Below are positions 23,966-35,264 of a stretch of DNA of 64,000 nucleotides, in pieces. The position numbers and the translations under genes were made by a program. A model generated the notes under the pieces. The model was not told the origin of the DNA. It saw only the letters and a list, made by a program, of their open reading frames with translations, and ran no database searches. The first letter of the stretch is position 1. Every line of letters begins with the position of its first letter. Where the stretch lies: contig NEEC01000016.1 of the NCBI GenBank assembly GCA_002189035.1, forward strand, positions 682,001-746,000. Reading direction: 5' to 3'. Origin of the DNA: Utricularia gibba (taxonomy: Eukaryota > Plantae > Magnoliophyta).

Positions 23966-24703
23966 ATGGATCCAAGGTGGAAAGGGAAAGCCGCGGAAGC
24001 AACAGCCTTGGCCGAACCCATGTCCGGAGTAATCTCCCGTCTTCGATCCTCCTTTATTGAGACTGATTCTCAAGGAATGCTGGCAGGGCAAAGTACGATT
24101 CTCGCTGTGAGCACAGAACAAGCTGAACTCCTGAACCGCGCATGTGTTGGCCGCCCCATGATCACCTCGGAGGAGAAACAGTGGTACCAGTTAACACTAG
24201 AGGAAGCTTCCTACCTTTACAACGTCCTGAGCTGCATCAAGATTATGGACAGAAACATGGTCATCAAGAATCCCGACGAAGTGTGGCAGTACATGACAAC
24301 CATGAAGACCGACTTCCCTCTAATGTTCAAAGCATATGCTCATCTCCGCGCAAAGAACTGGGTCGTCAGATCGGGATCTCAGTATGGAACAGACTTCGTC
24401 GCCTATCACCATCACCCCTCCTTGGTGCATTCCAAATTCGCAGTTCTCGTCTTGTCGAGTGACGATGGAAACAGAAGCAACAGGCTGACGGCTTGGTCTG
24501 ACTTCCACGGCGCACTTCGGCTCTGTGGGAGTGTTGCGAAGACATTGTTGGTTCTCTATGTTGAGAGAAAGACGAAGGCTTCCAGTTCTGGTAAGGTTTC
24601 TTCCTGGTGCCTGGATGATTACCATGTCGAGGAGAGAATCATCACCAGATGGAACCCGGAACAGAGTCGTGAGGATCAAATCCCAACATCCAAGGGAATG
24701 TGA
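23966..24703 (+). CDS. SEN2: tRNA-splicing endonuclease catalytic subunit Sen2-like (intronless)
   Basis: MDPRWKGKAAEATALAEP N-terminus. The catalytic Tyr/His/Lys context is present (GSQYGTDFVAY, HPSLVHS, GSVAKTLL) along with the C-terminal ITRWNPEQSRE. The ORF-track start at 23900 is a TTG, so the ATG at 23966 is used. Confidence 0.93.
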   Translation: MDPRWKGKAAEATALAEPMSGVISRLRSSFIETDSQGMLAGQSTILAVSTEQAELLNRACVGRPMITSEEKQWYQLTLEEASYLYNVLSCIKIMDRNMVIKNPDEVWQYMTTMKTDFPLMFKAYAHLRAKNWVVRSGSQYGTDFVAYHHHPSLVHSKFAVLVLSSDDGNRSNRLTAWSDFHGALRLCGSVAKTLLVLYVERKTKASSSGKVSSWCLDDYHVEERIITRWNPEQSREDQIPTSKGM

Positions 24704-25089
24704 GTGTCTGTCCGCCATACTACAGTGGGACTTTTCCATGAGCTTCATTTTGCTTAGTCATTGGATTGGGCCTTCTAGCATTTAGATGGGCTTGATAAAC
24801 TTGTTTTAGAATACATGTATAATTTGTAAAATATTTTTTTCGAATTCTATTTATAAAAACTATTCTTTTAAAATAATTTGTAGAATTTTATATTTATTTT
24901 TATAAATATATCAAATATAATAATAAATTATAATGTATATTTATAGTATTTTTACAAATTAAATTATGATAAAAGATTAAATTATTCAAATTTTTATTTT
25001 CAAATCAATTACTCTTATTTGATAATAGAATAATAATATGTTTCAAATTTTTATTTTCAAATCATTTATTTTTAGTTGATAGTAAAATA

Positions 25090-25340
25090 TTACTGTGTTT
25101 AAATATAATGTAATTAAATATTTATAATAATAGGTATTATAAAATAGAATTATAAGTATACGAATGATATAAATATAATTAGTTTCATCTCTATTTATGT
25201 ATACTACATATATGTTCGAAAAATGAGTATGTAAATAAAATAGTTATATAAAACTGATATACATATATTAATTAATCAAATAATGTTTTATATATAAATT
25301 TGAATATAAATTTTTTATATCATATTATAAAACCTTATAT
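25090..25340 (+). repeat. AT-rich dispersed repeat, family A copy
   Basis: Collinear with 56345-56660: taaatata.tgtaattaaatat, aaatgagtatgt, taattaatcaaa and gatataaat.ttttatat.atattataaaac. Confidence 0.55.
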
Positions 25341-25874
25341 ATCAACTGAATACTCCTCAATTTATTGAAATTAAATATACGATAAAATCCTGTGATCATA
25401 TATGAAACTCAATTATTCAATAAACTTAAATTATATTAGAAAATATCAAATCCAAATGACAAATTGACTATTTCAATTTCAATTCTGAATTTTGGATTAG
25501 ATTAATCTGAATACTTAGATCTTTTGGGGCTTAATCTGATAGGGCGGAAGTGGGAGACAGGAAAACTGTGTCTTCGTTTCATTTCGCTTTCGCCAATACT
25601 TCCAAGAAGCTAAAAAGTAAAGCCAAGGACAAGCTCATGTGGTCACGCTCTAGATGGATAGCTCAGGGGCTGAGCATCGACCACGACCATTCCCTCCCAA
25701 TGCAGTTTTAGAGAATTTCCCAAGCTGTTTTGTCTGCGTCCGCTGTCGCTTGGAAGTAGCAAAGAAGATGAAAGCGGTCAGAGGAAGATTTTCACAGACT
25801 GCAGACAAAGGAGTGAGTTCTAGGTAAAGAAGAAGACGGGAACTGGAAGCTGAACTTTCAATTTCATGCTGTTG

Positions 25875-26633
25875 TTACATAAGTCCGTGCCACGTGGAGC
25901 ACCCGCCAATTCCCACATCGGCGCCGGCGTCTCCGCCGAACGGGAATCCCCACAGAGCCCTGCTTCCCTCACCGCTTTCTTGACAGGTTTCTTGTTTCAC
26001 GGCGGTGGTGGCGAGGTATCCTCCAAATGGGATGCCCATTTGCTCATAAAACATCGGATGATCCTGGTGGTGTGCATCCGCAATCCCAACCGAATCAGGG
26101 AACCAGAGTTCCGGGTTCGGGCTTCCCCAGATCCCGAAATCACGCCCCTGGGAAGAAGAAGCATGCTGCTGCTGCTTCGGGAATCCGGCAGTGGGCGTTG
26201 GGTCCTGCCGAGCAACAGCGGCTCTCTTGGAAGAGGATCTAGAAGCGGAGGCACGTTTGTTTTTGCGGCATCCGCCGCCGACGGGGACGTTGCGGAGCGT
26301 TCCTCCTTTCGTCCAGTACCGTCTGCATGATTTGCAGAAGTAGCGCGGCTGGGATAAGCTGTAATTGTTGTAGTAACAAAATTTGGTGTTGGCAGAATCG
26401 CATCGTGGGCATTTCAGGGCTTCCTGATCCGCCGGCCGCGGCTTCTTTCCTTGCTGCTCTGCAACTGCAGCTGATCCCGAGGAAGACGCCAGTATGCTCT
26501 CCAACGTTTCCTGCAAAAGAAGGAAATCGGGACACATCGTTAAACAAGAAGAAAAAGCCATATTGGGAGGAAAAGAGGAAAATGAAAGCCATCCCACCTG
26601 CTGAGAAGAAGAACAATCCATCATCATCCCCAT
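25875..26633 (-). CDS. DOF: Dof zinc-finger transcription factor (exons 26633-26598, 26510-25875)
   Basis: Dof domain [50 protein letters not shown]. An 87-nt GT-AG intron is in frame within the predicted ORF. ETLESIL and the C-terminal WHGL resemble the Dof2.1-type clade (from memory). Confidence 0.94.
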   Translation of the reverse strand: MGMMMDCSSSQQVGWLSFSSFPPNMAFSSCLTMCPDFLLLQETLESILASSSGSAAVAEQQGKKPRPADQEALKCPRCDSANTKFCYYNNYSLSQPRYFCKSCRRYWTKGGTLRNVPVGGGCRKNKRASASRSSSKRAAVARQDPTPTAGFPKQQQHASSSQGRDFGIWGSPNPELWFPDSVGIADAHHQDHPMFYEQMGIPFGGYLATTAVKQETCQESGEGSRALWGFPFGGDAGADVGIGGCSTWHGLM

Positions 26634-26987
26634 GCAACAACCCGTTCCTTAAGAAAACAGTACACCAGGGAGAGAAAAAGAGAAAGAATCCAGGAGAAGA
26701 AGAAGAGAAGAAGCACCATGTCTTGTACATTTTTAAAATATATTTTAATTACGAATAGAAATAAATTCAGAATAAAAAAATATAATTCAAACAAGAATCT
26801 CGTTTTCTTGATTTCTGCTGGGGTTACACTCACACTGTGTGTCTCGTACTATTGTAAAAAAAAACTATATTAATTTTGACATGATGCGGGGCCCATTTTC
26901 GGGTTAATTATAAATACAGTCTTTTTCATTTTACCTTAATTACGATTAAAAAAGCATAATGGTCACTTTATTTACTTTTTAGCGCTT

Positions 26988-27001
26988 TTATGACGTCATA
27001 A
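26988..27001. promoter_or_regulatory. Perfect 14-bp palindrome containing a bZIP C-box (TGACGTCA)
   Basis: TTATGACGTCATAA lies about 355 bp upstream of the Dof ATG. Confidence 0.45.
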
Positions 27002-27183
27002 CACGGTCAGTGTAAAATGGACGGGGCCGCAGACATCATCATAGCTGGCCAAACCGGTTGACCAGTCAAAATTCTATCAGAATTCCCGGAGGTCAAAAGC
27101 AATAAAGCGAAGCCCAATGGCACACAAGAAACTTTGCATGCGGATGCCACGACAATAGAATCCCTCATTAGGGTCTTATTTTA

Positions 27184-27562
27184 GGGTGTGTTCTATAATT
27201 TGAAATTTTTTTCAGATTATATAGAATAGAATAATTTTTAAGATTATGTGAATATAATTAGTTTAAGATTGTAAAACTGTTTAGTAGAATAACATAAAAT
27301 TAGATAAAATAAATATATATTGTAAAATTTAATATATTAAATTAGTGTATAAATTAATATTATAATATAAATGTAATTTTAGAATAGATAAAATTGAATG
27401 TATAATTTTTTAATAAATTTATTATTTAATCTCTGAAAAATAAAATAAGTAAATTTAGTAATTTATGAATTTAATTACAAAATTTGAATTTCTGATTATA
27501 TTATAGAATTTTCAAAAATTAAATAAAATCACTTAAAGAAATTAATAAAACACTACACATCC
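27184..27562. mobile_element. Putative Tourist/PIF-Harbinger-like MITE (repeat family B)
   Basis: Imperfect TIRs (gggtgtgt / acacatcc) flanked by TTA at 27181-27183 and 27563-27565. The interior is AT-rich and has a related copy at about 5400-5710. Confidence 0.4.
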
Positions 27563-28152
27563 TTAATTTATATTAATTGAAAATAAATAAAATTTTTGGA
27601 AATAAATGAATTTATATTGATTGACGTGTATCCTTTTTTACTATGGTGGGAGTGGAAGCGGGTTGCGGGCCGAAATCGGGGACTCGGTGTGGACGGGCCC
27701 ACCGTGTCCATATACGCCACGTGTCGCGCGATGGAACCGTTTGATGAGTGATGCTGGCGGACAACGTGTGGGGCCCGGGGTCCGCTGCTTCTGCTTCCAC
27801 TGGGCTAATGGTGGGCCTGCTCTTACGTGATCGCCACCCACTCTCCCGTCAACGTTGGTGGAGGGGGTCTGTCCACCTGACCTGAGGCACCGGACACTTG
27901 AATTCCTTGGTTTTCTTTTAAGCTGCGACTCTGGTAACTGGTGTGCGTGAAAAAGAGCTTCTTACACAAATAGAACTACGAGGTCTTAAGGTATTTGGAG
28001 GGAATCTCATTTTAGGAATGGAATAATTTACAGTGTTTTCGAAGGCATTCATGGGTACTTTTCGCTTATCTCTGAATGAGTTGATTGAAAGGAGCCTGCG
28101 TTTTTTGAGTGCCAGAAGCTTAGGTACATGCAAATTACATCCAAGTCTGTGT

Positions 28153-29847
28153 TCAATGTGGAGCATCACAGACGGTCAGCTGCATCTGGGATTCGATAGT
28201 ATAGTGTTTCAAGAAGGCTCTTCTCCACCATATCTGGAAAGCATTCTGAATGTTGGGGCAGTCATCTCCTCTGTTGAGATATCGATCGAACCAGCTGAGT
28301 AAAATGGTCTGCTGCTGCGATAGTGGAAGCGTCAGGATCGTCTGGCAAAGCCCCTCCTCAATCACCTTCTTGTCCACCGATTTTCCGGCACTTCTCATCC
28401 ATGTGAAATCCTCGTACAGTGCTTCCAACCAAGTTGACAGCAAACTGAACCTTGTCTCTTTTGGCACCAAGACCTGCCCTTTACCGATTGAGATGCAAAG
28501 CTGGGCGGTTATCTTGCTGATTTCATGTCGATACACTGTGGGGATCTTTGAGTGCAGAACTGCGAGCTCTTTTTGGTCTGCCCACAGCTTCACAAATTCT
28601 TCCCCCATTTTCCTATCTATCAAGATTCCGACTATCCACTGAATGTTGTCAGCTTCTCTGGATATCTCAGCCATCAAACTCCCTCGATCTTGCTTGCTTT
28701 CGTCTATTGAAGTCGCCCCAGATAAGCAGAGAACCAGGGAACTGAGACTTCTATGACAAACATGATACATTGTGTCTCTAGATACATAAACCCTGTTTTT
28801 ATCACGGTCATCGTCTTCCCTGAGCAGCTGAAATATAAGTGACTTCATCTCTTTACGAGCTTTCTCATCCTTAGCCTGCAATAACCCCAACGATAACTTT
28901 AAGAACACTTCATCAGCTCTTGAAGGTGTTGATGGCTCTGCTACCACTCTCTCAAGTATAGAATCCGTTCTTGAACTATCAAACTGAAGCTCATTCAGAT
29001 GTGAAACTACCCTCTCCTGTTCATCTTCAGACCAAGGTACTGCTTCAAGATACTCCAAACACGCCCTTACACCATCCTCAAACATAATAGCTGAGCATAT
29101 CTGATCGATTACACAAACCACAGAAGATTAAGAAGACAAGCAATCATTACAGGGCAAGAATCAAGTGTAAGAATAGCAGTAGTTTGGATACTGGAAACGT
29201 AACACTAGTTCAATTTCGCTTCCTAAGTTGCAGGTTTTGAAACATAGAAAGGTATGACCTTTAAGAGTGCCAAGATTTTTGGCACATCTCCGCCTAATAG
29301 CCTTGTCTTCAATTGATCGGAGTACATGAGCACAACGGCCTCTAAGTATACGGCCACATCATCACACTCAAGTATCTCCACCGTATGCGGCCCACTTCGC
29401 CGGAGTCTTTCTGCGAAGAACCGGCTCCTAGCAGCCAAAACTCTCCGATGGACATCCACCGTCACCCTGTATCCAGGCTCCGAGGCATCCCCATCTGGAA
29501 CGCGTGAGCCCAATGTCAGCCTGACGTCACCCGCACCCCAGACATTGCAAATTCGAAATGGAGCGTAAGACAGAACAGCGGAAACCCTTTCTTGGAGCTT
29601 CTTTTGAGATGCGGAAGGGGATTTGGGTCTCGAGCGTGCTCACTAGCCATCATCTCGAAGAGAGTGGGGCTAGCGCCTCCCGGAAACTGGGTGGGGGAGA
29701 GTGACGGGAAGGAGAAAGAATGGGATCCGAAATGAAACCTTGCTTGATCATCGCGGACACCGATTGCTGGGGGTGGTTCCTTGAGGAACAAGATGACGAT
29801 GATTTGTGGTGGGCGGGGGCAGAGATTCGGTCAGGATCGGCCGCCAT
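28153..29847 (-). CDS. BTB/POZ domain protein (At5g60050/At3g50780-like from memory); exons 29847-29259, 29100-28153; two 1-nt frameshifts in exon 1
   Basis: SAMIKQGFISDP, SPTLFEMM and LQERVSAVL...DVRLT...DVHRRVLAARSRFFAERL lie in three successive frames. Exon 2 has GVRACLEYLEAVPWSEDE and GDDCPNIQNAFQIWWRRAF. Confidence 0.88.
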
Positions 29848-30292
29848 TGATGATGGATGGAGAGAAGAGACGCGTACTGCACCCTTAATACAATGTGAAT
29901 CGTGAGGCGCAGTTGGGCACGCAGAGAAGGGTGTGTCAGTGCGTGTTTCTTTATCAGTGGAGCACAAGATGAGCTGCACTAACGGGATGGGATGGGATGA
30001 GCTGCCCGGACGGGATCCGAGAAACCCAGAATTAAACGCTGTCACATCGTCTTCTTCCAGTCATTTGAAAAAACAGAAATGAAACTCATCTTCAAAAATA
30101 CAGCACAGCTTTTGGATCCTCAGTTCAGAGACAGACAAATATGGCTTGGTCGGTTACGTTGGGCCAAGGCACACCGGTAGCCCAACGCAGTTGCAGTCCA
30201 GTAGGCCTACACGTCGTACTGTCACACTCCACTGCCTGGTCCATTTTCGTCTGCAATCCCGCGTTCAGATTTGGAAACCACCGAGGGGAGTG

Positions 30293-32369
30293 ATGCTGAA
30301 AGCTACGATGATCGCACGTCTGAGCGGGGCCTCGACGGCCACGCCTGCCTGGTCGCTTTTCGGATTTCGAAATCGAGTTGTGCGCGCGTTTTCCTCCTCC
30401 ATGTCGCCGCCGTCCAAGGCTGTTGTCTACGAAGAGCATGGTTCTCCGGACTCCGTCTGCAAAGTGAAGGAACTCGCTCCAGTTCCGATCGGAGAATCTG
30501 ATGTCTGCGTGCGGATGCTTTCAGCTCCTATCAATCCTTCCGACATTAACAGGATTGAAGGTGAATTTCCTTGGATGTATTTTAGTTCTCCATTTCTCCT
30601 TGTCTTTCTCCATGTGCATGATTATGTCATTGCACTGTACTTTAATACCCGTTAAGCTATATTTCTTGCTCTAGTTACTTTTTTCTAGGATGTATTTTGA
30701 TACCTTCTCTTTGGTTGCTTGTCATCAGTTCAAATATGAAAAACTGTGGTTCTGGAAAACTGTATTGCAGGAGTTTATCCTGTGAGGCCTCCAGTGCCGG
30801 CTGTGGGCGGATATGAGGGTGTAGGAGAGATACATTCTGTTGGTCCTGCGGTTCAAGGTCTTTGTCCTGGTGATTGGGTCATTCCTTCTCCGCCTTCTTC
30901 GGGTAGAGATCATGCCATTAAAATAAAAAAAATCATGAAGCTATGAGTTTGGGAAGTTTATGTTTTCCTGTTATTAACTGCAGTTCATCTGCTTCATACA
31001 ACATTAGGAAACTGCAGGATTAAAACATTGAGTGTAATTATACGTGATTGATTGTTTATCTGTTGTCGACTATCTGGGACCAGGTACATGGCAGACATAT
31101 GTCGTTAAAGAGCATAATGTCTGGCATAAGGTTGATAAAAACATCCCTATGGAGTACCCCGCTACTATAACTGTAAATCCTGTGACTGCTCTAAGGATGC
31201 TTGAGGACTTTGTGGATCTAAGACCTGGTACCCTCTACTTAGTGATCAATATTTTGGTGACTTCGCTGCTCTGCTTGTTAAAACTTTACCTCTTGGAGTA
31301 GGTGATGCGATTGTTCAGAACGGTTCCACTAGTATTGTTGGGCAGTGCATCATTCAGCTTGCAAAGGTTCGAGGCATCCATTCTATTAACATTATCAGGG
31401 ACAGGTGCATTCTCATTTTCACGTGTTATGTAGCAATCAAATGCCTCTGTTATTTTAAAATTCTTATACTGTCCAAAAGTTAGATGCTAAATGCTTCTGG
31501 TTGAGAGACTATTTCGAACTTTCCATGGTTTCAGGGCAGGTTCTGATGAAGTAAGACAGAAGCTCATGAAACTTGGTGCTGATGAAGTATTTACTGAAAG
31601 TCAGCTGGAAGTAAAAAATTTAAAGAACTTGTTGGTATTACTTTTAGTTTCAAATTAGTTAGAAGTTTCCCTTATCTGGTAGCTTAGGTGTTTCATCTTA
31701 TTCCTCAACGTGCATTTTGAGCTTGAAACTAGTTAAATGAGAAGTTTATCCATTTACAGATTTGTACTTGCATAGGTTGATGTACCTGAACCCCGATTAG
31801 GATTCAATTGCGTCGGTGGAAATGCTGCCTCTTCGGTTCTTAAGTTCCTCAAGTAAGTCCTGACCTTCTTATTATAAAGTTGCTACATCCGTTGATTTTT
31901 TGATGTCTTCAGGCACGGTGGAACCATGGTCACATACGGTGGAATGTCCAAAAGGCCCATCACCATCAACACTTCATCTTTCATATTCAAGGTTTGCCCA
32001 AGGTTATTCCTACTTGTTACATCCATCAACATTTCTTCATTCAACTCAAAACAGAAGTGTTGTGTTACAGGATCTGTCCTTGAGAGGATTTTGGTTGCAG
32101 AAATGGCTTAGTGCCGACAAAACAAAGGAGTGCAGAGATATGGTAGATTACCTTTTAACTCTGGTTGCCAGAGGGGAACTAAAATATGAGTAAGACCTAC
32201 GCGCTCCCCAAACCTGATTATATATTGCATCCACCTTGCTTAAGCTAAGTTATGCGCAATTTGGTGAATTTACAGCATGGAGATTAGCAGTTTTGATGAG
32301 TTTCATTGTGCCCTAGATAAAGCCCTGGGAAAGCTGGGAAGTCACCCCAAACAAGTGATTAAATTCTAG
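30293..32369 (+). CDS. MECR: Mitochondrial trans-2-enoyl-ACP/CoA reductase (MDR family), 9 exons
   Basis: Arg/Ser-rich presequence, then APINPSDINRIEGVYPVRP, VGGYEGVG, VNPVTALRML, IVQNGSTSIVGQ, MVTYGGMS and LRGFWLQKW. All junctions are in phase. Confidence 0.93.
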
Positions 32370-32534
32370 TTTCGGTAAAGACGCCCTCTCTCTCTCCCCC
32401 CTAATACTGGCTGGGGTCGTAAATAGAACCTTGTTTATTATTTGAGTTTAGCTTAGCATCCATGCGTTACATTTTTATTCAGGAAGATCTTGTGCATGAT
32501 AAGGGGCTATACAGCAACTGATGACAAATTTGAA

Positions 32535-34058
32535 TTATAGCTTCGATCTTGCAGTTGTCTGATTGTCAAATACAACCAGCACCTTTCCTATTACCTTCCT
32601 CTCCTTGATGGCAGCAAACGCAGCATTCGCCTGTTAGAAGAAGAAGTTCAATATTGTCTTGATACAGATAACAGTGTACTCTGTGCATGGTTGAAACACG
32701 AAGACATATTTCTAACCTCATGGATGGTAAATGCTTGAGAAATATTCACTGAAATCAATCCCTTGGACATCCACGAGAGCAGCTCCTTCAGTGAATCTTC
32801 AAGAACATGCGGTCGGTGTATTTTGTGGCTTCCCCAATACAAGCCATGAATAGTCCAATTCTGCAAGAAATCCAACTAGATGAATGCCGGGATCAGCCAG
32901 CATAAACTGACGTGAACTACTAGCACGCACCTTGACAAGGGCAATATTTGCTGGAATAACAGGTACTTCCCCACTTGCAAATCCTATGATTAGTATTTGT
33001 GCTCCCCAGTTCAATAATTTTAAGCTTTCTTTGTTGAGCTTCCCTCCGACTGGATCATATAATACGTCGACACCTTTTAGCTTTGATCCCTTTAAGAACC
33101 CCCTGATGCTTTCAGTTACATTCTCCTTGCTCGAATCCACGACATGATCCGCCCCTAATGCCTTGAGGAAACGCACCTTGTCTTCACCCCTGTAGATGCA
33201 ACCCAAATAGATTTCTACAGAGTCAGTAACCTGAAATGACCTTAATGCAGCTTCAGTTTATCGAGTGTATTTAGTTACTGCTGTAATTGCCTATGCGTAG
33301 ATATATATACCTTGCAACAGCTATAACGACAGCACCAAGTACTTTGCCTATCTGTACAGCTGATACACCAACTCCGCCAGCCGCCCCAAGAACCAGCACT
33401 ACCTGTAAGTTCATCATTTATCACTAGCACCCATTGAACGGAAAACAAGGTACATTTCCGCAAGTGCTTTTGCAGGCTTGCGTGTATTTCTTGGTAAAAT
33501 GGTGCTAGGGTAGCATTGTTGTACCTGTCCAGCACAGAGCTGCGCTCTATGAACAAGAGCAACATGCGATGTACCGTATGCAACAGGAAGTGCACCGGCT
33601 GCAACCAGGTCACATCCGCCCGGAACATGATACCTGGGATATATAAGCTCATGACGGAGTGATCCACCGAATCATTTTCTGTATACCACAGCAGTCAAAG
33701 CAACTACTCACAATTCGGATTCATCAGCTACGATGAATTGAGCAAATGATCCGACGGCAGCAAACGAGCATACACTATCCCCAGCTTTGAAATCGGTGAC
33801 GGCGGGACCAACAGCGTCAACCGTGCCGGAGTAATCGGATCCAGGAATAAACGGCAGCGGCGGCTTCTCTTGGTACTTGCCGATGATTTGCAGAAAATTG
33901 GCGAAATTCAGGCTTGTAGCCCGAACTCGAACACGAACCGCCGTCGGAGAATTGAGCTGCGGAATCGGGTGAGACTTCGAAACGGTGAGAGCAGACTCTT
34001 CGGCCGCGTCTAACGGCGCCGTCGGGTCGCCGATTTTCCGACAGATCAAAGCTTCCAT
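32535..34058 (-). CDS. Quinone oxidoreductase-like MDR protein with C-terminal PTS1 (SKL), 6 exons
   Basis: SLNFANFLQIIGKYQEKPPLPFIPGSDYSG, Rossmann motif LGAAGGVG, VLYDPVGG, NWTIHGLYWG and terminal ARSKL*. Confidence 0.9.
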
Positions 34059-34810
34059 ATCCTAAACCGCCCGCAAGTTAGTCGTGTTTTGAGAGTCCAA
34101 CAGCAGCTTCTTCTCTACCATCTACCGATCTACGACATCTCGTAACTTCCGCCCTTGATGCCAACATAAAAACAGAAGAACAAAGAGAAAACCTTCATCC
34201 CACTCATCGCGATCCACCCCGCTCATCTCTGACCCATCAGAGACATTGTCGATAGACGGGCTTCGCTTTCACGACGCCCAGTCCAGAGAAGCTTCACTTA
34301 GCCCACAACGTCAATGCGGTCCAGCCACGTCTTCTGTGATCCATTAGAGACTTTATTGGTCTGGGCTGGGCCACACCACACTGACGGGTTTGGGTTCGGT
34401 CACATAGATGATTTGAGCTGGGTCACATTATCTGGGCCTGGCCTCATGGATATGGTATGGGCTGGGCCGAACCATATCATTTTTCAATTCAAACTTTTTC
34501 TTTATAATTTCCGATAATAATATATTTTAAAGTTCCCCGGGGGGCAGGTATTTATATATTGGTGTTCGGTTAGTCAGTTACGAGTCGACGGGGAATTCAC
34601 AAGGAGGATATATCGGTCATTGCACATCTGTCTTTTAAATACGAGTTTAAAATCGGACGACTCACGTTCGTCGTCTTCTTTCATCCAACTCCCTCCCAAG
34701 CACACTCATCCCTCCCTCCCTCTCTCTCTCTCACGCATCAACACACCTCCTCCTCACCCACAATATAACTCCCCGTACTCCTCTCGTGTAGCCGTAGCTA
34801 GGGTTTCCGC
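34059..34810. promoter_or_regulatory. Divergent promoter region QOR-like / NFRKB
   Basis: Cluster of TGGGCY site II motifs at about 34400-34470, a CT-rich leader, and a telo-box TAGGGTTT at 34799-34806. Confidence 0.5.
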
Positions 34811-35264
34811 GCATGGTCAAATTTCCCTGATCCACTCTCGAATTTTCCCGTCTCAGAGACTGCCTTATACTGAGGAAGAATTTCAGGTGTGGTATGATAT
34901 CTATTACTCGTCTCGCTCTTCTTCTTCTTTCGCGGAGAATCTGCTACTTTCAAAAAAAATTGCGTTTTGACGTTGTTTGCTTTCTCTTATGGGAATTTGT
35001 AACGGAGCGTGTGTTGTGTATGCAGTAATGTCGGTTTGAGGAAGTGCTAATGGGATATATATCGGAAGAGTTTTTTTTTTTTTTTGTTTCTTTAAATTGC
35101 TGCCAGCTTGATTATTTTTTTATGTTAGAATTGAGATTCGTTTTTTATTTATCTGGCTTTTTTATGTACTTTTTTCATTTAGGATTTGAAATCGAGGTGG
35201 GACTGTTTCTTCTGATAGCCTGTGATTGTGTTTGGTGTTCCGTTCATGTTTTTGGAGTTTTCCG

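Noticed and set aside
25911-25920. TCCCACATCG, identical to the plant snRNA USE core
   Set aside because: It lies antisense inside the Dof CDS, with no correctly spaced TATA box or snRNA sequence downstream.
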